Shown: positions 11,722 through 24,739 of the stretch, in pieces
Numbering within the stretch: the stretch's first letter is position 1
Layout: each line of letters begins with the position of its first letter
Source: Azolla caroliniana
Lineage: Eukaryota > Plantae > Polypodiophyta
Direction: 5' to 3'
Assembly: GCA_043228905.1 (NCBI GenBank)
Contig: JBHGNT010000018.1
Location: 9,548,001-9,612,000, forward strand
Length of the DNA: 64,000 bases
Position numbers and translations under genes: made by a program
The notes under the pieces: model-generated
Databases searched by the model: none
Told to the model about the DNA's origin: nothing
The model's input: only the letters and a program-made list of their open reading frames with translations

Positions 11722-12176
11722 TATTAGAGATCTAAGTACTAACGTAATCTTAAGATAAGGATAAAGAAATGATAGATAGAAAGGAGAAAGAGAAAGAAGG
11801 GTGCCGATCCACCCGACCACCCCCGAGCGAAGGGATCGAGACGGACTCGAGCCTCAATCGGCGTCCCATACCACCACCGTGGCGTCGAGTCGTAACTGGT
11901 GCTGGCGCGCTCGCTACAAGAGTTGACCCACCACAAGAGCAGAGTCTCGATGTAGTCAAAAGATAATCAAATGAGGGTAGCTATGCCTCTTATTTATAGC
12001 AATACCCAAGGCCCCCAGGCAAGTTCACACTTGACCTAATGGGTTGTCTCAATCCTGAGGATTAAAAGTAATCCTCCCCTTCTTTACACTCTCGTTTAAC
12101 CCTCACACTTATCCACGTGTATAGAATACTACGGTAAATTCTCACCACAGGATATTAAATTGTCATGCCCGTAACA
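11722..12176 (-). repeat. 3' LTR of chromovirus C
   Basis: Direct repeat of 18279-18733, adjacent to the PPT. Confidence 0.93.
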
Positions 12177-15100
12177 TACTCCCCCTCTTTAAAACATTGC
12201 ACTCTTGCAATGGAAAGTTAGGGAAATTAGTTCTGAGAGTATTTTCGCGTTCCCATGTGACATCTTTTATTGATTTATCTATCCATTTTATTTTAAATTC
12301 TCGGATTTCTTTAGTACGTAATTTTTTTGTTTTAACATCGAGAATTCTTTCTGGTACATGTGGTTTAGAAGATAATGCTTCAGAAGTAACCAAAGTTTCA
12401 GTTGTAACTGTATTGTCGCCAGAACCTAGAAGTTCTTTTAAACAACTCACATGAAGGACTGGATGAATGCCGACACCATCGGGAAGAGCGAGACGATAGG
12501 CTGATGACCCAATGCGTTTGAGGACTGTAAAAGGTCCACAAAACCGTGGGGCTAACTTAGCGCACTTACCCGTAGACAATGTCTTAGAATTGTGAGGTAC
12601 ACGTAAAAATACCTTCTATCCAGGGTTGAATACACGAGGTTGCCTATGATGATCGGCATAAAAATGCGCTCTATCTTGAGCTGTTTTTATATTATCTCGT
12701 GCAATATGCAACATATCTTGCATATCCCGAAGAAAGTTTTGCGTACTTCGCAACTCATCATGATGTATATTAACATCAATCGGGGCTCGTGGCTGAAAAC
12801 CATACATCAACATAAAAGGACTATATCCTGTCGACGTATGCTTAGAGCTGTTATAAGCAAACTCCAAAATTGGGAGATAACGTTCCCATTTTGTTGGTTT
12901 TGCACCAACGTATGCTCGAAGCATGTCCTCAATAATTTGATTTACTCATTCTGTCTGTCCATCGGATTGAGGATGATCCGTGGAGCTCATGCTCAACGTA
13001 GTTTCTAACTTCTTCAAGACTTGCGTCCAGAAGTCACTAGTAAACTTTGGATCTCGATCACTCACGATATCCATCGGTAACCCATAAAAACGAAACAATT
13101 CGTCAACGAATTGGTAAGCCAATTCAGAAGCTGTTACCGTGGTTTTAGTAGCAATAAATCTGGCCATTTTAGTTAGTCGATCAACGACAACCCAGATGGC
13201 ATCATGACCTTTTTGGGTGCGAGGAAGGCTAACAATAAAATCCATGGATATACTTTCCCACTTATTATTGGGAATGTCCAAGGGATGTAAAAGTCTTGCG
13301 GCTTTAAGTCGCTCGGCTTTGTTAACCTGACACTGGTGACATTTAGTCACATAGCTATGTATGTCAGGACGCATCTTAGGCCAATAAAATTGAGTGGAGA
13401 TAAGAACGAGTGTATGATGTATTCCAGGGTGCCCTGCTGAGGGTGCATCATGGCATTCAAAAAGAATCCTCTTTTTGACCTCGGGTAAATCTGGAACACA
13501 AACCTTCCCATTACGGTAGAGCAAACCGTTAGCAATGTGGAAGTATTCCTTCGAGGATGTGGTGGTGTCTGTTCCAGACTCAACTCTTGCCCAGTATTTT
13601 GCAAAATAACTGTCATCAGGATACTTTCCCCAAAGGTGATCATAAAGATCTGATGTTATTTCAGTGAAGCTAAGCATGTTAACTTCACGGATGCGACTTA
13701 GTGCATCAGCGACAGTGTTCATGGAACCTTTACGATATCGTATGGAAAAATCAAAGTCCTGGATGAGATCAGCCCATCGTGCCTTACGACCTTTCAGGTC
13801 TTGTTGGTCACAAAAATATTTCAAGGACTCGTGGTTCGTAGTTACCACAAAGTGATTTCCATAAAGATAATGGCGCCATGTTTTGAGCGCATGTATAACT
13901 GCAAATAATTCCTTTTCTTGAACGGGATACCGACATTGAGCAGAATCAAGTTTCTTACTCTCAAATGCTATTGGTTTACCATCTTGATACAAGACAACAC
14001 CTATAGCATAATCACTTGCATCGGTTTCAACCTCAAAAGGTTTTGAAGGATTAGGTAAAAGAAGTGAAGGAGCCTTGCAAACCAGGTCCTTGAGTTCCTT
14101 AAAGGCGAGGTCTAGTGTAGCATCCCACACAATAGGTTTTGTAGACTTACGCGTTTGACCTTTTAAAAGATCAGTAAACGACGTTGTCAATTGGGAGTAA
14201 TTACGAAGAGACTTTCGCAAAAACCCGACAAAACCAAGGAATGATCGAACTTCTCGAATATTCCGAAGAGTGGGCCAAAGCTTGATTTTCTCAATGCGAG
14301 AAGGATCAATTTCAACTCCTCGTTCAGTTATGAGATGTCCTAGATAAGTAATTGATTTCTTGAAGAACTAACATTTTGAGATCTTTGCATAAAACTGTTT
14401 GTCACGCAATGTTTGTAAAACAAAGCGGACATGTCTAGCATGTTCTTGTAATGTACGGCTATAAACTAAAATATCATCCAAGAAAATAACGACAAATTTT
14501 TCAAGTTGTTTTCGGAAAATGTCATTCATTTCTTGTTGAAAAGTAGCCGGAGCATTGGTCAAACCAAAAGGCATAACCAAAAACTTGTAATGGCCATAGC
14601 GCGTACGAAATGCCGTTTTAGGAACATCATCCTCACTTATTCGTATTTGATGGTAGCCAGTACGGAGATCAAGTTTCGTAAAATACCGAGCTCCTTGGAG
14701 ATGGTCAATTAGATCGTCAGCCCGAGGCAATGGGTACGAATTCTTGATTGTCACTTTATTCAAGCGTCGGTAATTAATACACATACGCCATGTGCCCTCT
14801 TTCTTTTTAACCAAGAGAACTGGTGCACCCCATGGAGATTTACTATAACGTATATAACCCATTCGTAAATAGTCCTTGAGTTGTTTAGATACCTCATCTT
14901 CTTCGGATCAACTTAAGCGATACGGAGGTATACTTATTGGTGCAACACCAGGTACAATATCTATACGATGGTCTATATTACGTTTAGGAGGTAACCCATC
15001 AGGTAGTTCACTTGGAAAAACATCATGAAAATCATTTAAGATTTCATCAAGTTGTTGTTGTTCAAAATATGTTAATTGAACCGGGACATTATCGATATTG

Positions 15101-16596
15101 CAAATGTGAATGTCCGGATCAAGTACACAATAAAATAACGTAGAACAAGACAACTCGGATATTGATGGACACGAGGAAACAATCGAGAGGGATTGTTTTT
15201 TTACACATTGAATAAAATGCGTACAATCGTTTAGTACAAAAGAAATGGAATGACGAACGCAATCAATAAATAAAGAAGAGTTTTTATTATAAAACTAGGG
15301 ATAACCCAGTATTACATCAGTGGTACAAAGATTCATTACATGGAAGTCTACTTCCTCTATATAAGTATCAATAGAAATTCCTAATGAATGAATCGCCCCA
15401 TTGATGTATTGTACTCTTCCATCAGCCAAGTGCACAGTGTAGGTGTGATCACTTACGGTGGGTTGGATTCCCCATATCTGAACCAAACGATCATTCACAA
15501 AATTGTGTGAGCTTCCCGAATCAAATAAAAATTGTACGGGAGATCCATTGATATACCCGTTTGCACGTAGTAAATCATTGGGACCCAATACATAGTGAGG
15601 GAAAGAACATTGACAATTACTTAAATGATGTGTATAGACCTGAAGGACATTAGGAATTTGACCTTTATGGTCTGCAGCTTTAGCTTTGTTGTCGTGCTCT
15701 TTCCGTTCGAGCTTTCGACATTGATCTTTTGTATGAACCTTCTTTTTGCAGAATACACAAAAAGGATGTTGTCGCTTACAATCGCGATCCAGGAATTCGT
15801 TGGGTGTCTTGCGTTTCCCAACAAATTGCGACTGCTTAGTCCCGGGCGCTTCGTTGGGTTTGTTATGGTCCTTCTTCGAAGTGCGTTGATAGCGAAGAAC
15901 TATTTCAATGGCCTCTTCAAAGGATTTTGGATCCTTATCGTGCACTATCCAGTGATAGTCCGAATTGGGGATGCCATTGACAAAACAAGCTATTAACCAA
16001 ATTTCCCCTTCTAGACCCGATTTTTGGATTTGGGTTCTAGCATGGTGAACATAGTCTTCTAGCGAGGAAAATTTCTTGCTAGAGAGGTTCATTAAAGCTT
16101 GTGTTGCCTCGGTTCGAGAGGGAGGTTGTAGAAATTGGCCCTTAAAAACCGTGACAAAATCTGTCCAGGTATCGGGCAATTTCCCCATAGTACGGAGCCC
16201 ACGCCACCAGGCGGTGGCCTTACCCCCGAGTTCTCAGCCGACATATGCAATCTTCGTACTATCTGGTGTGGGATAGACCTCAAAATGAGACTCCCATCGT
16301 CCCAACCATGTGCAGATTACTTCTTCGGTTCTTTCCTTTTTGTCTCCGGTAAATGGCTTAACGACAAATGATGGTTCACCTTGTCGCTCATCAAGTCTAT
16401 TAGTCTCACGTTGTAGACTAATGACACGTGCCTCAAGAGCACTCTGAGATTGCCGAAGTTCGGTCATCTATTGAGCGGTGAAACTAAGGTATTGGGTTAT
16501 TTGTGCCAAATACATCTCAGTGGACATTTGTCTAGGAGGATTCCCTTGAGTTCCTTCCGCTTGAGCAGATGACATCGGGTTGTTAATTTGAGCCAT
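12177..16596 (-). pseudogene. gag-pol: gag-pol of chromovirus C (gag, protease, RT, RNase H, integrase, chromodomain), with stops and frameshifts
   Basis: [72 protein letters not shown]...KW...TWE. Confidence 0.9.
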
Positions 16597-18278
16597 TAAA
16601 GATTATTTCTGGAAAAGAAATAGGATAAAGTCAGAGAGATAGTCATAACATCATGTCGTGATGTAAACATATCATGGGCAAACATTAATTGATATCATGA
16701 TCTCACGTCAATACCCCTCTAGACGTATGAGATGAGGTTCAAGATCAGGTTACTATGGTAACACAAAGGTGTTTTAAAAACCATGGGGGTGACAAATAAA
16801 TGTCTTTCCCTGATCACTATATCGATTTTTTCATGGTGGCTCCCCGAGGCTCAACCATGTATGTTCGCGTCATGAATAGTTTATACACGAAAAAAATGTT
16901 AACAATAAACTATGTTTCGGTGCCCACATATGTGGTTTCGGCTCTTTAAGTCCTATTACGAGGACCCAGAGGTGCACTTAGACCTTAAGTCTAAACATGT
17001 GTTATAGTCATATGTATCAAGGATGTTGTATGGTCTTGGTCATATTTGAACTCGAGACCTCGAGAACAAATACATTAAACACTTGAGCCAACCAAGTAAG
17101 TTGCTCTTCTTGAATGCTTAATGTTTGATGCGTATAAGAGATATGCGAGATCATATATGTTTTTTCTAAAAAGAACATATATTTCAATGGTCCTTATTTC
17201 GCCCTCATTTACCAAAACTATGTTGGTATGTTACCTAACCTCAAGTCTCGTAATTACGATGGCATACGCCAAATTGCAACCTAATGGTCAAGCCAAATGA
17301 GCCTTTGTTTCGTAGTAGGCCCACGTGGCCCATCACATGGTCACGTCATTACGAATGCCTCTCGTAAGAACGAGCTCATGGTGGCATCGTATCCATGTAA
17401 CGAGGGAGGGATGTTGGATACGTGCGTCATTGGAGCAACCTCACTTGAAGTGGGTCAAGCCCTACGTACTCAACATCATTATGGCTATTGGCGTTTCTTT
17501 ACGTAACGAAATCAAGGTCATCAACGGGGTTGTCAACAATAAAAAATTGTTGAAAAAGGGATGGTGACAACGCCATTCTCACAAAAATGTGAGGACGGCC
17601 ACCAACATCCTTTTCCCGACAAGGACAACTTTAGATATAATCACGTAATAACGAATATACACATATGTTTACTTATCACATATATACGATCAAATACGTA
17701 TATATGTGACCACATATGCCTATATTAAACATATCGTTATATTAAATAGCCACAAATGATGTGATCGAGATACGTAATCGAGGTATATACCTCTAGGCAC
17801 ACGAAACATCCACAAATAAGAGATCATCGTAATACGCAATTGAGGTATTGACCTCTTACGCATACGAGACCAACCGCATATCGTTTACAACAAATCAAGG
17901 TATTAAACTCATAGGCAAACGTAACATATGTTCGTGAACGTAATACGTAATTGAGGTATTAACCTCGTACACATACGACACTCATCACATATTATTAATA
18001 TGTCAAACAAGGTATTGACATCGTGCACATATGTAAACGTTTTAGATAATCAATTAAAGACCACTACAACATCATTGACTCAATGAAAAAAAATGACATA
18101 TAAACTAAACACATGATTAGATGGGAGAAGAGAGAATAGAAAAAATTTCTGGAAAGAGTTACCGAAGTTCTTTGTTGATCGTTGTCTGGATCAAGGCCGA
18201 CCGCACATCGATCGATCACCATCAATCAAAAGACAAATGAAAAACAAAGAAACATTAGTACATAAATCTGATACCAAA

Positions 18279-18733
18279 TATTAGAGATCTAAGTACTAAC
18301 ATAAGCTTAAGATAAGGCTAAAGAAATGATAGATAGAAAGGAGAAAGAGAAAGAAGGGTGCCGATCCACCCGACCACCCCCAAGCGAAGGGATCGAGATG
18401 GACTCGAGCCTCAATCGGCGTCCCATACCACCGTCGTGGCGTCGAGTCGTACCTGGTGCTGGCGCGCTCGCTACAAGAGTTGACCCACCACAAGAGCAAA
18501 GTCTCGATGTAGTCAAAAGATGATCAAATGAGGGTAGCTACGCCTCTTATTTATAGCGATACGCAAGGGCCCCAGGCAAGTTCACACTTGACCTAATGGG
18601 TTGTCTCAATCCTGAGGATTAAAAGTAATCCTCCCCTTCTTTACACTCTCGTTTAACCCTCACACTTATCCACGTGTATAGAATACTACAGTAAATTCTC
18701 ACCACGGGATATTAAATTATCATGCCCGTAACA
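18279..18733 (-). repeat. 5' LTR of chromovirus C
   Basis: Direct repeat of 11722-12176; PBS immediately internal. Confidence 0.93.
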
Positions 18734-21359
18734 GACATGATGCCGACATACTTCACGCATGATAGTTTTGGCGGTTTCCTCATTGGATATTTCCTTAGTA
18801 CATGGCAGGAAATGGTCCATCTTTGTATATCAATCTACTACTGTTAAGATCACATTGAATCCCTTAGAGACTCGAACATTTGTGATGAAATCTAGAACAA
18901 TGGATTGCCACGACTTTCTTGGAACTGGTAATGGTTCTAATGAACCATATGGATGATGCCTTGGCATTTTTGCTCTACAACATGTATCACAAGTCCGAAC
19001 AAAATCTTCGACAAATTGTCGAATATGGAGCCACCAGAATGATTGTTGTACTAAATCTAATGTTCTAGTACTACCAAAATGCCCAACTGTATATGTGTCA
19101 TGACAGATTTGGACTACTCAAAGGAGACAAGAACCATTAGGAACATACAAGAGTTTCTTAAAGAATACTAATCCATCATGACATTTGAATTGTCGATAGT
19201 CTGTACCTGGTTGTTGCGACTATGAACAAGATGCTCGAGAGGGATCAATTTGGGCTAGAATGGCTTCGGCAAAAGCATCTGTCTTCAAGTCCTCACGTAT
19301 GGTATTGATAACATGGGAATCCATGGGCATACCAAAGACATGCGTTGCTTGCAGTCGTGCTGGTCCCAAGATTACTTGCTTTTGGTTATCGAAAGTTGGC
19401 TCGCCAGGACACGGTGCTAGATACGAGCGCCCTTATAATGCATCTGCCTTCCCTTGTTGCTTCCCCAGACGATATGTAATTTTGAAGTCGAAATGAGTGA
19501 GGAATTGGGCCCACTCGGCTTGACGTTGATTTAACACACGAGCATTCTGAAAGTAGGCAAGGTTTTTGTGATCACTGAATACAGTGAGTTGATGAGAAGA
19601 TCCCTCTAGAAAATGCCTCCATTGCGTAAAAGAGTACACTATTGCTAATACCTCCTTATCATGAATTTCATAGTTGATTTCGGTGGCGTCAAACTTGCGT
19701 AAGTGGAAAGCCACAGGATGGAGCTTTTCATCATCGCCTTGTTGTGACAGAATGTTACCCAACGCGAAATCCGACGCGTCTGCTTCGATGATAAATGGTT
19801 TTTCCGGATCAACATGATTTAGAATAGGAGTTGATGTAAGTGCCTTAAGATTCTCAAAAGCCATGTCTGCTTCTTCAGACCAAACGAACGATTTTCCCTT
19901 CCTGGTGAGTTGTGTGAGAGGTAGAACAAGCTTTGAGTAATCTTGTATAAACTTGCGGTAGAAATTTGCAAAGCCTAAAAAGCATTGTACATCTCACAAC
20001 GAATGCGGAGTTTGCCTCTCTACCACAGTTTTGACCTTAGCTGGATCCATGGAGATGCCTTCCGAGGAAATGACATAGCCTAGAAATTCTACCTGGTTGC
20101 ACTCGAAACTATATTTTTCCAGCTTTGCACGAAGACCATGTTCTCGAAGTCGTTTTAGTACTAACAGTACAAGAGAATCATGCTCTTCTTGGGTCTTTGA
20201 ATAAACTAGTAGATCATCCAAATAGATGATCAAACAAACATCCAAATGATCTCGGAATATATCATTTTCCATGTGCTGGAAGACTGCTGGCACATTAGTG
20301 AGGCCGAATGGCATGACCGTATACTCGAAGTGCCCATATCTGGTGCGGAACGTGGTCTTCCATTCATCTCCTGGTTGGATCTGTACGAGGTTATATGCTC
20401 CTTGTAAGTCGATCTTTGTGAAGAACCTTGCACCATTGATCCATTCTAAAATACTTGAGATAAGGGGAAGTGCGTACCTATTCCTGATGGTGACCTTATT
20501 CTAGCCACGGTAATCTACGACGAGGCGAAGTGATCCGTCCTTTTTCTTGACAAAGAAAATGGGTGTGTTGGCTGGAGATTTCGAATGTTGAATGAAACCA
20601 TTGGCCACATTCTCCTCTATATAGGCTCGAAGGACTTCTAGCTCGGTTGGTGATAAATTGTAGATCGGTTCCCATGGTGGCTCTTGTTCCGGTTGTAAAT
20701 CGATAGGGCAATCATACGGTCGATGGTGAGGAAGCATTTTGGCTTGTACTTTATTGAACACATCGGCATATGACGATACTTCTCTGGAAGTTGAATAGTG
20801 GAATCCTCTTTAGTGGTGTTGGAGGGTGTTATTGATACTACGAAGAGAAACATTTCTTCCTTGCGTCCTTCCTCATGCAACTGATGTAGTGAAATGGTTG
20901 CAATCTTATGAGTAGATCCTCGGGTTTGTCGATACTGAATTTCCCTTGTTCTCCAATCTATGTCTGGGTTATGTAATTCGAACCACGGTAATCCAAAAAC
21001 AATGGGATGTTCTAGGATACTAATTATGTTAAAGGATACTACACACACTAAATTGTCTAGGACAATATTAATGGGCTCTGACTCTTCTATGATATTTCCG
21101 GAAGCAATGGGACGACCATCAATGACTATTACAGAGGCTGGACACGTGATTTTTCTTAGGGATATCTGATGAGCTTGGGCAAAATTCCTATCCATGAAGC
21201 AAGAATTAGCTCCAGAATCTAGGAGTGTTGAGACATGTACTGGAGAGGTACTTTTAGTACTAATTGTTACTTGGGCTAAGAACACATTGCTAACTTGCTT
21301 AGAGGGAATGAAACAACTAATGGGCTACACAGATCTAGGGTTGTCCAACCAAATGGCTC

Positions 21360-23144
21360 TGTCACGGACACACCAAGTGTGGACTAAGACGGAGCACGGA
21401 TGATGAGGTTACGACGGAGAGATGACGGAATGACACAAGGGCATAAAGATAGAGATGAAGATTAAGGAGAGAAGATGGGCGAAACGGGAATACTAGATTG
21501 ATATGTCCATGACTGGCGTTGTTCACCTGGAATTCCTTCAAGGTGAACTCAACTATTTATACTAAGTGGCATGCATACCTGTTGCACACATGTGATACAA
21601 TAGAGCATGTAGGCAGTAGGTACGCATGCATGTGCCAAGTGTTAATAATACAAGGGAGAAATTATGCACATGATGCTAGCTAAAACCTACAATGAGGAAG
21701 TATATACATGATTATATGCTAGATGTGTGGTTAACACATAATATTTGATTATAACATGGTCATGTCAAGAGTTCGAATCTTGACATTATCCCCCCTTCAA
21801 CGATGTCTTCCCAAATCGTTTGTCGGCTTAAGGGGATATTGTTGATGAAAATCTTAGATCACCTCCAAAGTATTTTGTAAATCCTAGACAAGGAGTAACC
21901 CTTCCACAAGACGAGGTATTTAACACCAACGGGCATGAGCAACCATGTGTGGTCCTCGCCTAGAATTGGAACACAAATATCAACGGGTGTGAGCGACCAT
22001 GTGCGGTCCTCACGGGGAGCATGAACACCAAGGGGCATGAGTAACCATGTGAGGTCCTTGCCGGGAACTGGAACGGTCCTCGATGAGAGTTGGAACACGA
22101 ACACCAACGGGCGTGAGCAACCATGTTGTCCTCACCGAGAAATGGAACACGAACGAGTGAGTGACCATGTGGCCCTCACCGGGAACAAGAACACGAATGG
22201 GAGTAATCGACCATGTGTGGTCCTCACCGGGAACTGGAACATGAACAACAACGGGCATGAGCGACCATGTTGGTCCTCATCGGGATCTAGAACACGAACA
22301 ATAGTTGGAGTGAGCGGTCATGTGCGGTCCTCACCGGAGACTGGAACACGAACGGGAATGAGTGACCATGCGGCCCTCACCGGGAACAGGAACACGAACG
22401 GGAGTGAGCCACCATGTGCGGCCCTCACTAGGAACAAGAACACGAACGGACCATGCGGCCCTCACCGGGAACTCGAACACGAACGGGCGTGAGCGACCAT
22501 GCGGCCCTCACCGGGAACTGGAACACGAACACCAGCGGGAGTGAGCGGCCTTGTGCGGACCTCACCGGGAACTGGAACATGAACACCAACAGGAAAGAAA
22601 CTAAAAAATAGAGACAATGAAGCGATGTTGCTGATGGTACGATGACAATGGTAACTCTAGAAGCAAGGGTGATGACGAAGACGAGTGATGCTTCTAGTTG
22701 GAAGGTGAACAAACTGTCACGGACACACCAAGTGCGGACTAAGACGGAGCACGGATGATGAGACTACGACGGAGAGATGATGGAATGACACAAGAGCATA
22801 AAGATAGAGATGAAGATTAAGGAGAGAAGATGGGCGAAATGGGAATACTAGATTGATATGTCCATGATTGGCGTTGTTCACCTTGAATTCCTTCAAGGTG
22901 AACTCAACTATTTATACTAAGTGGCATGCATACCTGTTGCACGCATGTGATACAATAGAGCATGTAGGCAGTAGGTACGCACGCACGCATGTGCCAAGTG
23001 TTAATAATACAAGGGAGAAATTATGCACATGATGCTAGCTAAAACCTACAATGAGGAAGTATATACATGATTATATGCTAGATGTGTGGTTAACACATAA
23101 CACTCGATTATAACATGGTCATGTCAAGAGTTCAAATCTTGACA
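21360..23144 (-). mobile_element. Non-autonomous LTR element (TRIM-like) with a minisatellite interior
   Basis: LTRs at 21360-21785 and 22715-23144 (TGTCA...TGACA), PPT GAAGGGGGGATAA, no retroviral domains; imperfect TSD (GGCTC/TTCTC). Confidence 0.88.
21925..22595. repeat. Imperfect minisatellite with units of about 35-55 bp
   Basis: Recurrent GACCATGTGCGGTCCTCACCGGGAACTGGAACACGAAC variants. Confidence 0.88.
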
Positions 23145-24146
23145 TTCTCCTATTTTGGCTGGACTTAGTCGTTTAACTCTTCTTCTAACTGACTAGTGAC
23201 ATCAAATTTGTTCGATAGATTTGGGCTATTAGTTCTATTAGGACTATTAGATATTCGTACTGAAATAGACTCGGGTTTAGTACAATTAGAACTAGCAACT
23301 ATTTGGTTCACTTGTCTTCTTGCCCTATGGGCACAGTTCAATGCAGTATGCCCTGGTCCACCAGAATAAAGACATAGTTGATTTGCTTAGCGTCGCTGCT
23401 TTTCTTCTTCCGATAATGGTTCACGACGATGTGTAGTGTCAATTTCCATCGGAGTTGGAGTATTCACTAGAGACACATTATATGACTCCCTTGGAAAAGG
23501 TTTTGCTACCACTGAGGTGTAGGTGGGCTTTGTTCTTGCACTTGGCATCTGGAATTGACGTTCCAAACGTCATTCGAAAAGACGGTTGTCGCATCTCACC
23601 GCGCGACTAATTGCTTCTTTCAATGACTTTGGTTCTTCGGCGAAGGTCAAGAGTAAATCCTTGACATCGTTACGTAGACCATAACGAAATTGCTCCATAA
23701 GCGCTTGGTCATCCCAAGGGATATCGGAGGCGGGTAGGCGGAAATCTGCAGCGTATGCGGAGGTTGGACAATCACCTTGGCGTAATTGTTGAATTTTGTT
23801 GATTGTTGTCCTTATGCTATCAGTATCTCCAAAACAGGCTTTAAAATCACTTAAAAACTCTTCAAAATTGTTTAGTAAAGGAGATTCCTTTTCTAACAAT
23901 GGAGCGAACCATGCCAAAGCTGAGCCACTTAAGAACGTCCCTACTAAACCCACTCATGATGCATGGTGGGATATCGAGAAGGATGCATTTGAATGACTAA
24001 TCGTACCTGATTAAGGAATCCTCTAAACTGCGATCGCGTTCCATCGAATTTCATGGGAAGGCCGATCTTGGGTTCTTTATGAACCCCTTGCGTAGTGGGT
24101 CCTTGTTGTTGCATCGCGACTATGGTTGCTTCGAGCTGTTGCACGC

Positions 24147-24720
24147 TGTCGTGACGTTTCCATGCCACGATGAGAAAATAGCTTCTACCAATTTATATGA
24201 GCTTATTCAAATCTTTGTCAAAGGTTATATAAAGTGCGAGACCTCAATGAATAGGAGCGTCTGGGGGTTTAGGGGTCGTGAAGGATTTGCTTCACAATAG
24301 AAAAATAAACTAAAATATTGTATTGAATAACATTTGAGAGACTTGAACCCACAACCTCACATACCAAACATGAAAGCTCAAATGCGTGGGATGTCTATCA
24401 TGCATCACATATAATGCGTGAACGTCAAATGGCGATCATGCATGATGCATGTTTTGTACCCTCACATGCATCATATGAATGGGGGCACCTATTTAAAGAG
24501 GGAAAGGGAAAAGAGTGAGGGGAGAGCATGAGACGAGGAATATTATTGTAATAGGAGGGACAAGGTATATTATTGTACAAGAAATATTTTGTAATCATCT
24601 TCAAATATCAATACAAGTTATTTCTTTTTCTCCTCTTTCTTTGACAAGAAGCCCGGTGCTTACTTCCCGGATTCATGATTTTCTTTTCGTTTTCTCTCGT
24701 ACGCCTAGATCGACGCGACA
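24147..24720 (+). repeat. 5' LTR of Gypsy D
   Basis: Inverted termini, TATA-like TATTTAAAG near 24490, PBS follows. Confidence 0.85.
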
Positions 24721-24721
24721 G

Positions 24722-24738
24722 TGGTGAACCCAACGTGA
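24722..24738 (+). promoter_or_regulatory. Primer-binding site, tRNA-Trp-like
   Basis: TGGTGAACCCAACGTGA, near-complement of the plant tRNA-Trp 3' end as I recall it. Confidence 0.7.
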
Positions 24739-24739
24739 A

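Larger units (their letters stand above)
11722..18733 (-). mobile_element. Full-length degenerate Gypsy chromovirus C nested in the integrase of B
   Basis: 455-bp LTRs at 11722-12176 and 18279-18733, TSD GACAT (11717-11721 and 18734-18738), PBS TGGTATCAGA (iMet), PPT AAAGAGGGGGAG. Confidence 0.94.
9727..24146 (-). mobile_element. Degenerate Tcn1/Tf1-type chromovirus B, host of nested insertions; 5' end lost
   Basis: gag 23145-24146, protease LLDSGANSCF (20638-21285), RT (FFVKKKDGSLRLVVDYRG, IYLDD), RNase H (IEADASD), integrase (18739-19200 and 11370-11716), chromodomain YEVAAILDS...YLIDWLGY...TWEP (10787-11368). Confidence 0.88.

Noticed and set aside
21859-22712. ORFs inside the TRIM
   Set aside because: Open frames produced by the minisatellite; no retroelement or host domain
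9122-24146. ACGC at 9122 and 24143 as the TSD of a single element
   Set aside because: The adjacent LTRs belong to different families, face the wrong way for a pair, and sit at different positions in two different gag copies
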